From positions 1 through 49,893 of the forward strand of contig JBBAWZ010000003.1 of NCBI GenBank assembly GCA_040396875.1: a stretch of 49,893 bases of DNA, in the 5' to 3' direction. Each line of letters opens with the position of its first letter. Within the stretch, counting starts at the first letter, position 1. This document shows, piece after piece, positions 8,343 through 16,677 of the stretch. The notes beneath the pieces were generated by a model that did not search any database, was not told the origin of the DNA, and worked only from the letters and a program-made list of their open reading frames with translations. Both the position numbers and the translations under genes were made by a program. The DNA is from Bacilli bacterium (GTDB taxonomy: Bacteria; Bacillota_I; Bacilli_A; RFN20; CAG-826).

Positions 8343-10547
8343 ATGAATATATTAATTATTGTTGAATCACCCACCAAAGAAAAGAGCTTTGCCAAATATT
8401 TAAAAGATCAAAAAGATAAATACACGATTACATCTAGTAAGGGCCATATACGTGATTTAGCAACCAGTGGTAAAGGCGGTTTGGGCGTCGATATCGACAA
8501 TGGATTCAAGCCTACGTATCGTATTTCTAGAAAACAAGATAAAGATAAAGTCGTGAAAGAATTAGAGGCTGCCGTCAAAAAAGCAGATAAGGTTATTCTT
8601 GCAACCGATCCAGATCGTGAAGGTGAATCGATCGCCTGGCATTTAGCAGATACATTAAAACTGGATGTTGAAAAAACGGAACGTATTGAATTCTTTGAAA
8701 TCACCAAAGAAAAAATTTTAGCTGCCTTACAAAACCCGCGCAAAATTAATATGGACATGGTTCAATCTCAAGAAGCGAGAAGAATTTTGGACCGGATTGT
8801 TGGTTTTATGTTGTCGAAGATCTTAAACAAAAAAGTTCACGCTCCAGCTGGTGGCCGTGTTCAATCGGTGGCATTACGTTTCGTTATTGAAAGAGAACTA
8901 GAAGTACTCGCGTTTAATCCTCAAACTTACTTTACAATCGAAACCGAACTTACCACCCCTAAACAATCATTACCATTAGAACTCACGGCATATCAAACTC
9001 AATCCTTAAAGATTACCGATGATAAAACGGATCCCAATGGTTATCGGAAAATTATTCCTTTATCGACAGAGGAAATTGCCAAAGGTTATATTCAAAAATT
9101 ACCCAAAGAAGTCACCCTTAAAGAAGTGGTGATTACCTCTAAGAAGAAAGAATCCAAGGCAGCCTTCCGTACCTCGACCTTACAACAAGAAGCAAGCAGC
9201 CATAAGGATCTAAGATTTTCTCCACAAAAGACACAATCGGTCGCTCAGTCTTTATATGAAGGGGTTTCGATTGGTGAAGAAACCGTTGGGTTAGTGACCT
9301 ATATTCGTACCGACTCAGATCGTTTATCGGATGCTTTCGTTTCAGAAGCGTCTGATTTTATTACCAAGACCTTTGGTCCAGAGTACCTTTCAGATAAACC
9401 TAAATCAAAGACTGCTATTTTACAAAGCCAAGATGCACACGAAGCAATTCGTCCAACGTCCATATCAAGAACTCCTGAAATGATGGCAGCTTATCTTGAA
9501 CCCGATCAATTAAAACTCTATCGTTTGATTTATGCTCGTGCGGTTGCCTCATTAATGACCGCAAAAAAATATGACGTCACAACCTACACTTTCCAAGGTG
9601 GAGATTTTACGTTTAAAGCTCAAGGTTCTGTGGTGACCTTTGAAGGTTATACCAAAGCGTATCCTGTCGTAGAAGAAGATGAAGGTAGCCAATTACCTCA
9701 ATTATTTAAAGGACAAAGTTTTCCAGTTGTGTTTAAAGAATTAAAACCTCATACAACATCAGGACCTTCCCGTTATTCAGAAGCAAAACTGATTCAAGAA
9801 ATGGAATACCGTGGTATTGGTCGTCCATCCACGTATGCTGCCACCATTTCAAGATTAAAAGATCACCACTATGTCAGCGTGAAGAGTCATACGCTTTACC
9901 CAAATCCAGAAGCGCATGCAGCGATGAAATATTTGATGACCTATTTCCAATACTTGGTGAACCCAACCTATACTTCAGAAATGGAATTAAAATTGGATGA
10001 AGTGAAAGATGGCGAAGTCAAACGTATTGATTTGTTAACTGATTTTTATCAACATTTCAAAGCGCAATATGATCAAGCTGGTGATTTAGCGAAAGATGAC
10101 CCTGCCCTCCATTTCTATGGTAGTTGCCCAAAGTGTAAAGAAAACAATCGTCAAGGTACGATTATTCCTCGTCGTTCTAGATTTGGTGTGTTTTTAGGTT
10201 GTGATCAATATCCAACCTGTGATTTTATTTCCAATGATGTGCCTTTACCTTGGGAAAAAGAAAATCCAAGTGATAAAGAAGATGATGAAGAAAATGGAAA
10301 AGGGGTTTTCAAATCAACCAAAGTGGCGGCTGAACCCATCGGCAAAAATTGTCCAAAATGTGGCAAACCATTAATGAAACGATTTGCGAAACGTGGTGGT
10401 CGACCCTTTGTCGGTTGCTCTGGCTATCCGGATTGCAGACATTTAGAAAATTTAGATGGAACTGAAATTATTCTCAAAGAACGTCCTAATAAAAAATTTA
10501 GCAAAACAGCTAAAGTTACAAAAACTAAAAAAACTAAAAAAGCTTAA
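8343..10547 (+). CDS. topA: DNA topoisomerase I
   Basis: TOPRIM N-terminus (LIIVESPTKEKS, DPDREGE) and active-site region (YIRTDS). There are two C-terminal C4 zinc ribbons (CPKCKE...CDQYPTCDF; CPKCGK...CSGYPDCRH) and a Lys-rich tail. Confidence 0.95.
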   Translation: MNILIIVESPTKEKSFAKYLKDQKDKYTITSSKGHIRDLATSGKGGLGVDIDNGFKPTYRISRKQDKDKVVKELEAAVKKADKVILATDPDREGESIAWHLADTLKLDVEKTERIEFFEITKEKILAALQNPRKINMDMVQSQEARRILDRIVGFMLSKILNKKVHAPAGGRVQSVALRFVIERELEVLAFNPQTYFTIETELTTPKQSLPLELTAYQTQSLKITDDKTDPNGYRKIIPLSTEEIAKGYIQKLPKEVTLKEVVITSKKKESKAAFRTSTLQQEASSHKDLRFSPQKTQSVAQSLYEGVSIGEETVGLVTYIRTDSDRLSDAFVSEASDFITKTFGPEYLSDKPKSKTAILQSQDAHEAIRPTSISRTPEMMAAYLEPDQLKLYRLIYARAVASLMTAKKYDVTTYTFQGGDFTFKAQGSVVTFEGYTKAYPVVEEDEGSQLPQLFKGQSFPVVFKELKPHTTSGPSRYSEAKLIQEMEYRGIGRPSTYAATISRLKDHHYVSVKSHTLYPNPEAHAAMKYLMTYFQYLVNPTYTSEMELKLDEVKDGEVKRIDLLTDFYQHFKAQYDQAGDLAKDDPALHFYGSCPKCKENNRQGTIIPRRSRFGVFLGCDQYPTCDFISNDVPLPWEKENPSDKEDDEENGKGVFKSTKVAAEPIGKNCPKCGKPLMKRFAKRGGRPFVGCSGYPDCRHLENLDGTEIILKERPNKKFSKTAKVTKTKKTKKA

Positions 10548-10564
10548 TCCTTTATAATGAAGTT

Positions 10565-11476
10565 GTGAATCAACCAATTCAAAACTTTTTAGAATATTTA
10601 ACCCACACCCGTAAATTTTCGTTGCAAACGGTGACGGCCTATCAACATGATTTGGAATTGTATTTTCGTTTTTTGTTGAAACAATCTTGGTTATTTGATC
10701 AAATCCAATTGAAAGATGCTCGGTCATTTCTCGCAGACCAAGTGCAACAAGATTTAAACCCAAAAACGTTAAAAAGAAGAGTAGCAACCCTCAAACATTT
10801 TTATCAATATTATGTGGATCAAGGTTTAATTACCATTAATCCCTTTGCCTTGATTCGCACACCCAAAGTTGCCAAAACGTTACCGACTACGATTGATGAA
10901 CCTCAAGTTCAACAAGTGTTAAACCATCCTGTAGAAGAAGCATCGCGATTGATGATGCGAGATTTAGCTTTAGTCGAATTGTTATATGGATCGGGTTTAC
11001 GGGCGAGTGAAGTGGTAAACCTTACGATTCAAGATGTCAATTTGCCACAACGGATGTTAAGAATTCTTGGTAAAGGTAATAAACAAAGACTGGTGCCGAT
11101 TACCAAACCTTGTCAGCAAAGTGTATCGCTTTACCTCAAAGATGTTCGCCCGATGTTGATTCAAGGTTTGGAAGCAAGCCAGTTAACCAATCATGTGTTT
11201 TTAAACCATCATGGAACCAAACTCACGGTGAGAGGACTCGAGTACATCCTTTCACAATTGGCAAAACGCTCAGGAATTGCTTTGCATATTCATCCGCACC
11301 AATTAAGACATACCTTTGCCACCCAATTACTCGATAATGGTGCCGATTTAAGAACCATTCAAGAGTTATTAGGCCACGCCACCATTAATACCACACAGAT
11401 TTATACCCATGTTTCAAAAGAGGCGTTACAAAAAGAGTATCGAGCAGCCCATCCTCGCGCCCTTAAAAAGAAGTAA
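10565..11476 (+). CDS. xerC: Tyrosine recombinase XerC/XerD family
   Basis: Core-binding N-domain, catalytic motifs (GLRASE, HQLRHTFAT, LGHATINTTQIYTHV). It follows topA, as codV does in Bacillus. The start is GTG with no SD. Confidence 0.85.
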   Translation: MNQPIQNFLEYLTHTRKFSLQTVTAYQHDLELYFRFLLKQSWLFDQIQLKDARSFLADQVQQDLNPKTLKRRVATLKHFYQYYVDQGLITINPFALIRTPKVAKTLPTTIDEPQVQQVLNHPVEEASRLMMRDLALVELLYGSGLRASEVVNLTIQDVNLPQRMLRILGKGNKQRLVPITKPCQQSVSLYLKDVRPMLIQGLEASQLTNHVFLNHHGTKLTVRGLEYILSQLAKRSGIALHIHPHQLRHTFATQLLDNGADLRTIQELLGHATINTTQIYTHVSKEALQKEYRAAHPRALKKK

Positions 11477-11483
11477 TCTCTAT

Positions 11484-11511
11484 TTGATATTCACCTAAAT
11501 TGTGCTAAAAT
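11484..11511 (+). promoter_or_regulatory. Candidate promoter for rpsB-tsf
   Basis: TTGATA (11484-11489), a 16-nt spacer, then the extended -10 TGcTAAAAT (11503-11511). Confidence 0.6.
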
Positions 11512-11517
11512 AACCCT

Positions 11518-11629
11518 GCTCTAGCGAAAGTTAGGGACAACACACATCATGAATTCAACTACCATGTCTAACTACGGTTAGGGTGGTTGTCCGAAGTGAT
11601 GGAGGCAAAACAAATAGGAGGTTTCACCC
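11518..11629 (+). promoter_or_regulatory. Structured rpsB 5' leader (candidate S2 autoregulatory element)
   Basis: Long-range helix GGACAAC (11535-11541) with GTTGTCC (11586-11592), extendable with one bulge. Inner hairpin CTAAC-TACG-GTTAG (11569-11582). A decoy GGAGG (11601-11605) lies upstream of the real SD (11617-11621). Confidence 0.4.
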
Positions 11630-12700
11630 ATGAGTGAACAAAAAAAGGAAGGCGTTTTACCTGCGGTCAAGAGCACCGAAAACAAAGACGCAATGGCTGA
11701 TGTCGTCCGTTCTTCTACTGAACCGATTATCTCGATGAAGAAGCTTGCTGCAGCTGGGGTCCAATATGGTCACCAAATGCGTAAGTGGAATCCAAAAATG
11801 GCGAAGTTTATCTATACTTCAGACCGTGGGATTTACATCGTTGACTTAAAAAAGACTGTTACCAAGATTGAAGAAGCATATAACAAATTAAAAGAAATCG
11901 TCACCAATAAAGGTACGGTTTTATTTGTTGGTACCAAAAAACAAATTCAAGTTGTCATTAAAGAAGAAGCTTTACGTTCAGGCTCTTTCTATATCAATAC
12001 CCGCTGGTTGGGTGGAACGTTAACCAATTTCCGCACCATCTTAGGACGGATTCGTTACTTAAAAGATTTAGAAGCACAAGAAACCAATGGCACATTAGAC
12101 CTCTTACCAAAGAAGGAAGCCAATGGCTTACGTAAGATGAAAGAAAAGCTTTTAAAGAACCTTGAAGGTATTAAAGAAATTCGTGGTTTACCGAAAGCAG
12201 TTTTTGTTGTTGATCCAACCATCGATCACAACGCTGTTGCCGAGGCCCGTAAATTAAATATCCCAGTTTTTGGAATTACCGATACAAACTGTGACCCAGA
12301 TTTAGTCGATTATCCAATTCCTGGAAACGACGATGCGATTGGCTCCGTTCGCTTAATCGTTCAAACGATTGCTGACGCAATTGTGGAAGCCAAAGGTGGC
12401 GTTACCGTTGTTGCTTACACGAAGGACGAAGACTTTATTGCAAAAATTGCTGCTTTAAAAGAAGCGACAAAGCCACAAGAAAGATCTTATGGACCTCGTC
12501 CAGATTATCGTAGTAACACTTCAAACTACACACCTTCATCTCAACCTACAACGACTGCTCCAGTGAGCAAACCAACTACAGCCCCAGCCCCAACGCCGGT
12601 TGTAGCACCTGCAGCACCTGTTGCCGCAGCTCCTGCTCCTGCTGTTGATAAGAAACCAAAAGTCGCACGCAAACCAAAAATTGAAGCGAAGGAAGAATAA
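11630..12700 (+). CDS. rpsB: 30S ribosomal protein S2 with N- and C-terminal extensions
   Basis: The S2 core starts near residue 32 (IISMKKLAAAGVQYGHQMRKWNPKM). A strong SD (AGGAGG, 8-nt spacing) supports ATG 11630. The C-terminal ~90 aa is a Pro/Ala/Thr-rich low-complexity tail ending in a Lys-rich stretch. Confidence 0.9.
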   Translation: MSEQKKEGVLPAVKSTENKDAMADVVRSSTEPIISMKKLAAAGVQYGHQMRKWNPKMAKFIYTSDRGIYIVDLKKTVTKIEEAYNKLKEIVTNKGTVLFVGTKKQIQVVIKEEALRSGSFYINTRWLGGTLTNFRTILGRIRYLKDLEAQETNGTLDLLPKKEANGLRKMKEKLLKNLEGIKEIRGLPKAVFVVDPTIDHNAVAEARKLNIPVFGITDTNCDPDLVDYPIPGNDDAIGSVRLIVQTIADAIVEAKGGVTVVAYTKDEDFIAKIAALKEATKPQERSYGPRPDYRSNTSNYTPSSQPTTTAPVSKPTTAPAPTPVVAPAAPVAAAPAPAVDKKPKVARKPKIEAKEE

Positions 12701-12702
12701 TC

Positions 12703-13581
12703 ATGGCCGACATTATTGCGTTAATTAAAGAATTAAGAGAACGTACTGGTGCAGGGATGATGGACTGCAAAAAAGCTTTATTAGAGTCCAACATGGATGT
12801 CACCAAAGCGCAAGCATGGCTTCATGAAAAAGGCGTACTGAAAGCTGCAAAAAAAGCAGATCGCGTTGCCGCAGAAGGTTTATCTTTAGTTTATATCAAT
12901 GGTCAACAAGCATTGTTGATTGAAGTTAACTGCGAAACTGATTTCGTTTCTCGTGGTGACTCCTTTCGTAAACTTCTCAATGATACGGCTGCCATCATTT
13001 TGAAAAACAAACCTACGACTGTTGAACAAGCGAATACCTTAACTGCAAAACTATTTACGGAAGCCACCGTTAAGATTGGTGAAAAACTTTCATTAAGACG
13101 TTTCAAATTAATGTCAAAGCAACCTAATCAATTCTTCGGACAATATGTTCATATGAATGGTGTGGTCTCCTCGCTCGCTGTTGTAGAGGGTGGTACACAA
13201 GCATTTGCCGATCAACTCGCGATGCATATTACCGACCGTAATCCTTTATATCCAAGTTTAGCTAACGTCCCCGCTAATCTAATTAAAGAAGAAACGGTTA
13301 AACAACAAGCTTTGGTTAAAGAAGATCCTAAGTATGCAAACAAACCTGAAGCGATCTTAATCAAGATTGTTGAAGGCAAAGTCAACACCATGTTCAAGGA
13401 ATCCTCCTTAGATATGCAACCCTTCATGTTTGCCGAAAATGAAGAACCAACCAAAGTGTTCCTAGATAAACATAAAGCTAAAGTCCCTCAATTCGCTCGA
13501 TATAAAGTTGGAGAAGGCATTGAAAAGAAAGTTACCGATTTCGCAAGTGAAGTCATGTCTCAAGTAAAAAACACTCACTAA
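12703..13581 (+). CDS. tsf: Elongation factor Ts
   Basis: UBA-like N-terminus (IKELRERTGAGMMDCKKAL) and the EF-Ts core (NCETDFV). Confidence 0.95.
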   Translation: MADIIALIKELRERTGAGMMDCKKALLESNMDVTKAQAWLHEKGVLKAAKKADRVAAEGLSLVYINGQQALLIEVNCETDFVSRGDSFRKLLNDTAAIILKNKPTTVEQANTLTAKLFTEATVKIGEKLSLRRFKLMSKQPNQFFGQYVHMNGVVSSLAVVEGGTQAFADQLAMHITDRNPLYPSLANVPANLIKEETVKQQALVKEDPKYANKPEAILIKIVEGKVNTMFKESSLDMQPFMFAENEEPTKVFLDKHKAKVPQFARYKVGEGIEKKVTDFASEVMSQVKNTH

Positions 13582-13594
13582 GAGTGTTTTTTTC
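13566..13594 (+). terminator. Terminator hairpin at the end of tsf
   Basis: AAAAACACTC-ACTAA-GAGTGTTTTT followed by a T-run. The tsf stop codon TAA (13579-13581) is in the loop. Confidence 0.6.
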
Positions 13595-13612
13595 TCATAT
13601 AATGGAGGAAAT

Positions 13613-14326
13613 ATGAAACGAATCGTCATCAAATTATCCGGAGAAGCCTTAGCAGATACAAAAGAAAAAACCATTCTAGAAGCACTACATTTATCCACGG
13701 TTGCAAAAGCGATTAAAACCATTCAGTCAAAAGGTTTAGAAGTTGCGGTGGTGATTGGCGCTGGTAATATTTGGCGTGGTAAACTCGCCAAATCCATTGG
13801 TATCGAATCCTCTACTGCGGATTACATGGGAATGCTAGGCACAATCATCAATTCTTTAGCCTTACAAAGTGCTTTAGAAAATGAAGGTGTTCAATGCCGG
13901 GTTTTATCTTCGATTCACGTTGAACAAGTGGCTGAAAATTATATTCGCCGTCGCGCAATTCGCCATTTAGAAAAAGGGCGTGTGGTTATTTTTGCAGGTG
14001 GCACAGGTAGTCCTTATTTTTCAACCGATACAACCGCCTCATTACGAGCGATGGAAATTCATGCTGACACGATTTTCATGGCGAAAAATGGTGTTGCAGG
14101 TGTATTTGATGCAGACCCAAAAACCAATGGTAACGCTAAGCTAATCAAACATATAACCTTTGATGAAATGCTTAACAAAAAGCTTGCCGTGATGGATCTC
14201 ACTGCCGTTTCTTTAATTAAGGATTCTTCGATTGTTATTCGTGTTTTTGACATGAAAGATACCCATAACTTAGTGAATGTGATTAAAGACGAAACGATTG
14301 GCACGACCATTAAAAAAGGAGTTTAA
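13613..14326 (+). CDS. pyrH: UMP kinase
   Basis: KRIVIKLSGEAL, GAGNIWRG, FAGGTGSPYFSTDT. Confidence 0.95.
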   Translation: MKRIVIKLSGEALADTKEKTILEALHLSTVAKAIKTIQSKGLEVAVVIGAGNIWRGKLAKSIGIESSTADYMGMLGTIINSLALQSALENEGVQCRVLSSIHVEQVAENYIRRRAIRHLEKGRVVIFAGGTGSPYFSTDTTASLRAMEIHADTIFMAKNGVAGVFDADPKTNGNAKLIKHITFDEMLNKKLAVMDLTAVSLIKDSSIVIRVFDMKDTHNLVNVIKDETIGTTIKKGV

Positions 14327-14332
14327 GTTAGG

Positions 14333-14875
14333 ATGGAATCACTTGCATTAGAAGCGAAAGCGGCAATGGATAAAACCCTGACTGCTCTCCAAGCTCAATT
14401 TAATACTTTAAGAACGGGCAGAGCCAATGCGGCCTTATTAGATCGCGTTTTGGTCGATTATTATGGAGAACCTACTCCTATCAATCAAATAGCCAGTATT
14501 GCAGTTCCCGAACCTCGACAACTTTTAATTAAACCTTATGATAAAGGTGATTTAAAGGCAATCTTAGAAGGCATTAATAAAGCAGAAATAGGCATCAATC
14601 CGGTTGCCGAAGCAGATAGTATTCGTTTAGTCCTTCCTGCATTAACTCAGGATCGACGCAAAGATCTTGCTAAACAAGCCAAACGTATGGCAGATGAAGC
14701 CAAGGTCGCCATTCGTAATGTTCGTAAAGATTTTTTATCGATGGTAACCGATGATGAATATACCGAAGATTTAAAAAAACGTATCGAAAGTGATATGACC
14801 AAAGTCCATGACCAAGTGATTGCCCAAATTGATGCAGCATTTGTTTCTAAAGAGAAAGAAATTTTAACGTTGTAG
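14333..14875 (+). CDS. frr: Ribosome recycling factor
   Basis: FNTLRTGRANAALLDRV, and LTQDRRKDLAKQAK...IRNVRKD. Confidence 0.95.
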   Translation: MESLALEAKAAMDKTLTALQAQFNTLRTGRANAALLDRVLVDYYGEPTPINQIASIAVPEPRQLLIKPYDKGDLKAILEGINKAEIGINPVAEADSIRLVLPALTQDRRKDLAKQAKRMADEAKVAIRNVRKDFLSMVTDDEYTEDLKKRIESDMTKVHDQVIAQIDAAFVSKEKEILTL

Positions 14876-14921
14876 TCTATAATCATTTCATGACAACTGG
14901 GGGAAGTTGTATAATTTATTT

Positions 14922-15647
14922 ATGCCAAAAATTCAAATCAAAACTATGGATTCACCTTTAAAACATCTCGCCATCATCATGGATGGAAATGGCCGTTGGG
15001 CTAAGGCAAAAGGTTTGCCGCGCTTACGTGGTCACCAAGAGGGTGCTAAACGGGTGATCGACATTGCCAAGGCTGCCAAAAAACTTAACATTCCTTATTT
15101 ATCTTTATTTGCATTTTCAACTGAAAATTGGCGACGTCCCGCTTCAGAAGTGAATGGGTTATTTAAACTGCTGAATGAATTTGTTCAAAAATATCTTCAA
15201 ACCCTTCATGATGATCAAGTACGTTTGGTTATTTCCGGCCAACTAGAAACATTACCAACATTAACGAAGACCTTGTTGATGGATGCGATTGATGCCACCA
15301 AATCTTATAACCGATATACACTAAATATTTGTGTCAATTATGGTGGTCAAGATGAAATTATTAGAGCATCTAAAAAAGCAATGCACGCGATTCAAAAAGG
15401 CGTGATGAAAGAAGAAGATTTAACGCCGTTAACCTTCCAACAATTCCTTGATTCAGCGATTCTACCACCCATCGATTGCATGGTCAGAACTTCTGGTGAA
15501 CAAAGAATTTCAAATTTTATGTTATTTCAACTTGCTTATGCTGAACTGATCTTTGTCAACAAAGCATGGCCTGATTTTAAGGAAGACGAACTATTAGCTG
15601 TTTTAATGCAATACGCTGAACGAAAGAGAAGGTTTGGACAAGTATGA
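14922..15647 (+). CDS. uppS: Undecaprenyl (isoprenyl) diphosphate synthase
   Basis: HLAIIMDGNGRWAK, FAFSTENWRRP, RTSGEQRISNFMLFQLAYAEL. The start is uncertain (ATG 14922 or 14946; the track start 14907 is a TTG). Confidence 0.9.
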   Translation: MPKIQIKTMDSPLKHLAIIMDGNGRWAKAKGLPRLRGHQEGAKRVIDIAKAAKKLNIPYLSLFAFSTENWRRPASEVNGLFKLLNEFVQKYLQTLHDDQVRLVISGQLETLPTLTKTLLMDAIDATKSYNRYTLNICVNYGGQDEIIRASKKAMHAIQKGVMKEEDLTPLTFQQFLDSAILPPIDCMVRTSGEQRISNFMLFQLAYAELIFVNKAWPDFKEDELLAVLMQYAERKRRFGQV

Positions 15648-16612
15648 ATCAAGTGCAACCTGAGTTCCAAAAACGATTTTCTAATCGCGTCATTGTCGCC
15701 CTGGTATTGGCTGCGATTGCCATTCCTTCGATTATTATTGGCAGCTGGTTAATTATTGTCTTTGCATTGGTGGGTCTTGTCTTTGCAACCCAAGAAATGT
15801 TATCGGTTAAAACCGATTCAACGTATCCATTACCGATTCGAATTTTTGTATATTTGATGATGGTTTTGATGATTTATTATGTTTTTATTTACAATAATTT
15901 AAGTTCTGTAAGATTCGATTTCTCACAATGGTCCTTTGAAACTGGACTCAATAAACTTGAATTACCAACACTAGTGTTAACCATTCTTGCCCTAACGCTT
16001 TTCTTTTCTTCAATTACCGATGTGCGATTTAAAGTCCCTGATGCCACATACTTAATTACGATGTCGCTATTACTATCTTTAAGTTTTCAATCCTTTTTAT
16101 TCTTAAGATTCTTTCCAGATTTTATTTTTGGTGATTTACCACGATCCATGTTTGAAAATTCTCTCCTATTACTTTATGCAGGTGTTGGTACATTTAGTAC
16201 GGATATTGGCGCTTACCTCGTCGGCACATTCTTTGGAAAACATAAAATGAATGTTCGTGTTTCAAAGAATAAAACTTGGGAAGGTTTTTTTGGTGGTTTT
16301 TTCAGTTCATTTATGGCCTCCTTTGCTTTTGCTTGGATTGCAGATTCACTTGGAAGTCCATTACTACCCTTCTTAACGATGCATGAGTGGTATTGGTTAG
16401 TACTCCTCTCCTTAAGTATGCCGTTGATTGCGACACTTGGTGACTTTACCTTTTCACTGATTAAGCGAGAATTTGGCATTAAAAACTTCTCAAATATGCT
16501 TGGTGAACATGGTGGTATTTTAGATCGAGTGGATTCATTCTCCATGGTTGTGCTCGTGGTTACACTTATCATTTCTTTGATTTCTGAATTTGCATTTTCT
16601 CTGCCGATTTAA
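15644..16612 (+). CDS. cdsA: Phosphatidate cytidylyltransferase
   Basis: Polytopic, with the CdsA C-terminal signature (SKNKTWEGFFGG ... KREFGIKNFSNMLGEHGGILDRVDS). ATGA overlap with uppS. Confidence 0.9.
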   Translation: MNQVQPEFQKRFSNRVIVALVLAAIAIPSIIIGSWLIIVFALVGLVFATQEMLSVKTDSTYPLPIRIFVYLMMVLMIYYVFIYNNLSSVRFDFSQWSFETGLNKLELPTLVLTILALTLFFSSITDVRFKVPDATYLITMSLLLSLSFQSFLFLRFFPDFIFGDLPRSMFENSLLLLYAGVGTFSTDIGAYLVGTFFGKHKMNVRVSKNKTWEGFFGGFFSSFMASFAFAWIADSLGSPLLPFLTMHEWYWLVLLSLSMPLIATLGDFTFSLIKREFGIKNFSNMLGEHGGILDRVDSFSMVVLVVTLIISLISEFAFSLPI

Positions 16613-16677
16613 ATTACCCCTTACTGGGTTTAATTTGTTAAAATAAGAGAGTATTTTTTAGTTCTTGGAGGTCTCGT

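Noticed and set aside
10565-11476. Tyrosine recombinase as a marker of an integrated mobile element
   Set aside because: It occupies the conserved chromosomal position after topA (the codV/xerC position in Bacillus) and has XerC/D-type motifs. No phage, transposon or att-like repeats flank it.
11599-11637. 12-codon upstream ORF (MEAKQIGGFTHE) overlapping the rpsB start
   Set aside because: It has no convincing SD. The ATG is part of the ATGGAGG decoy-SD region. I treat it as part of the leader structure rather than a coding uORF.
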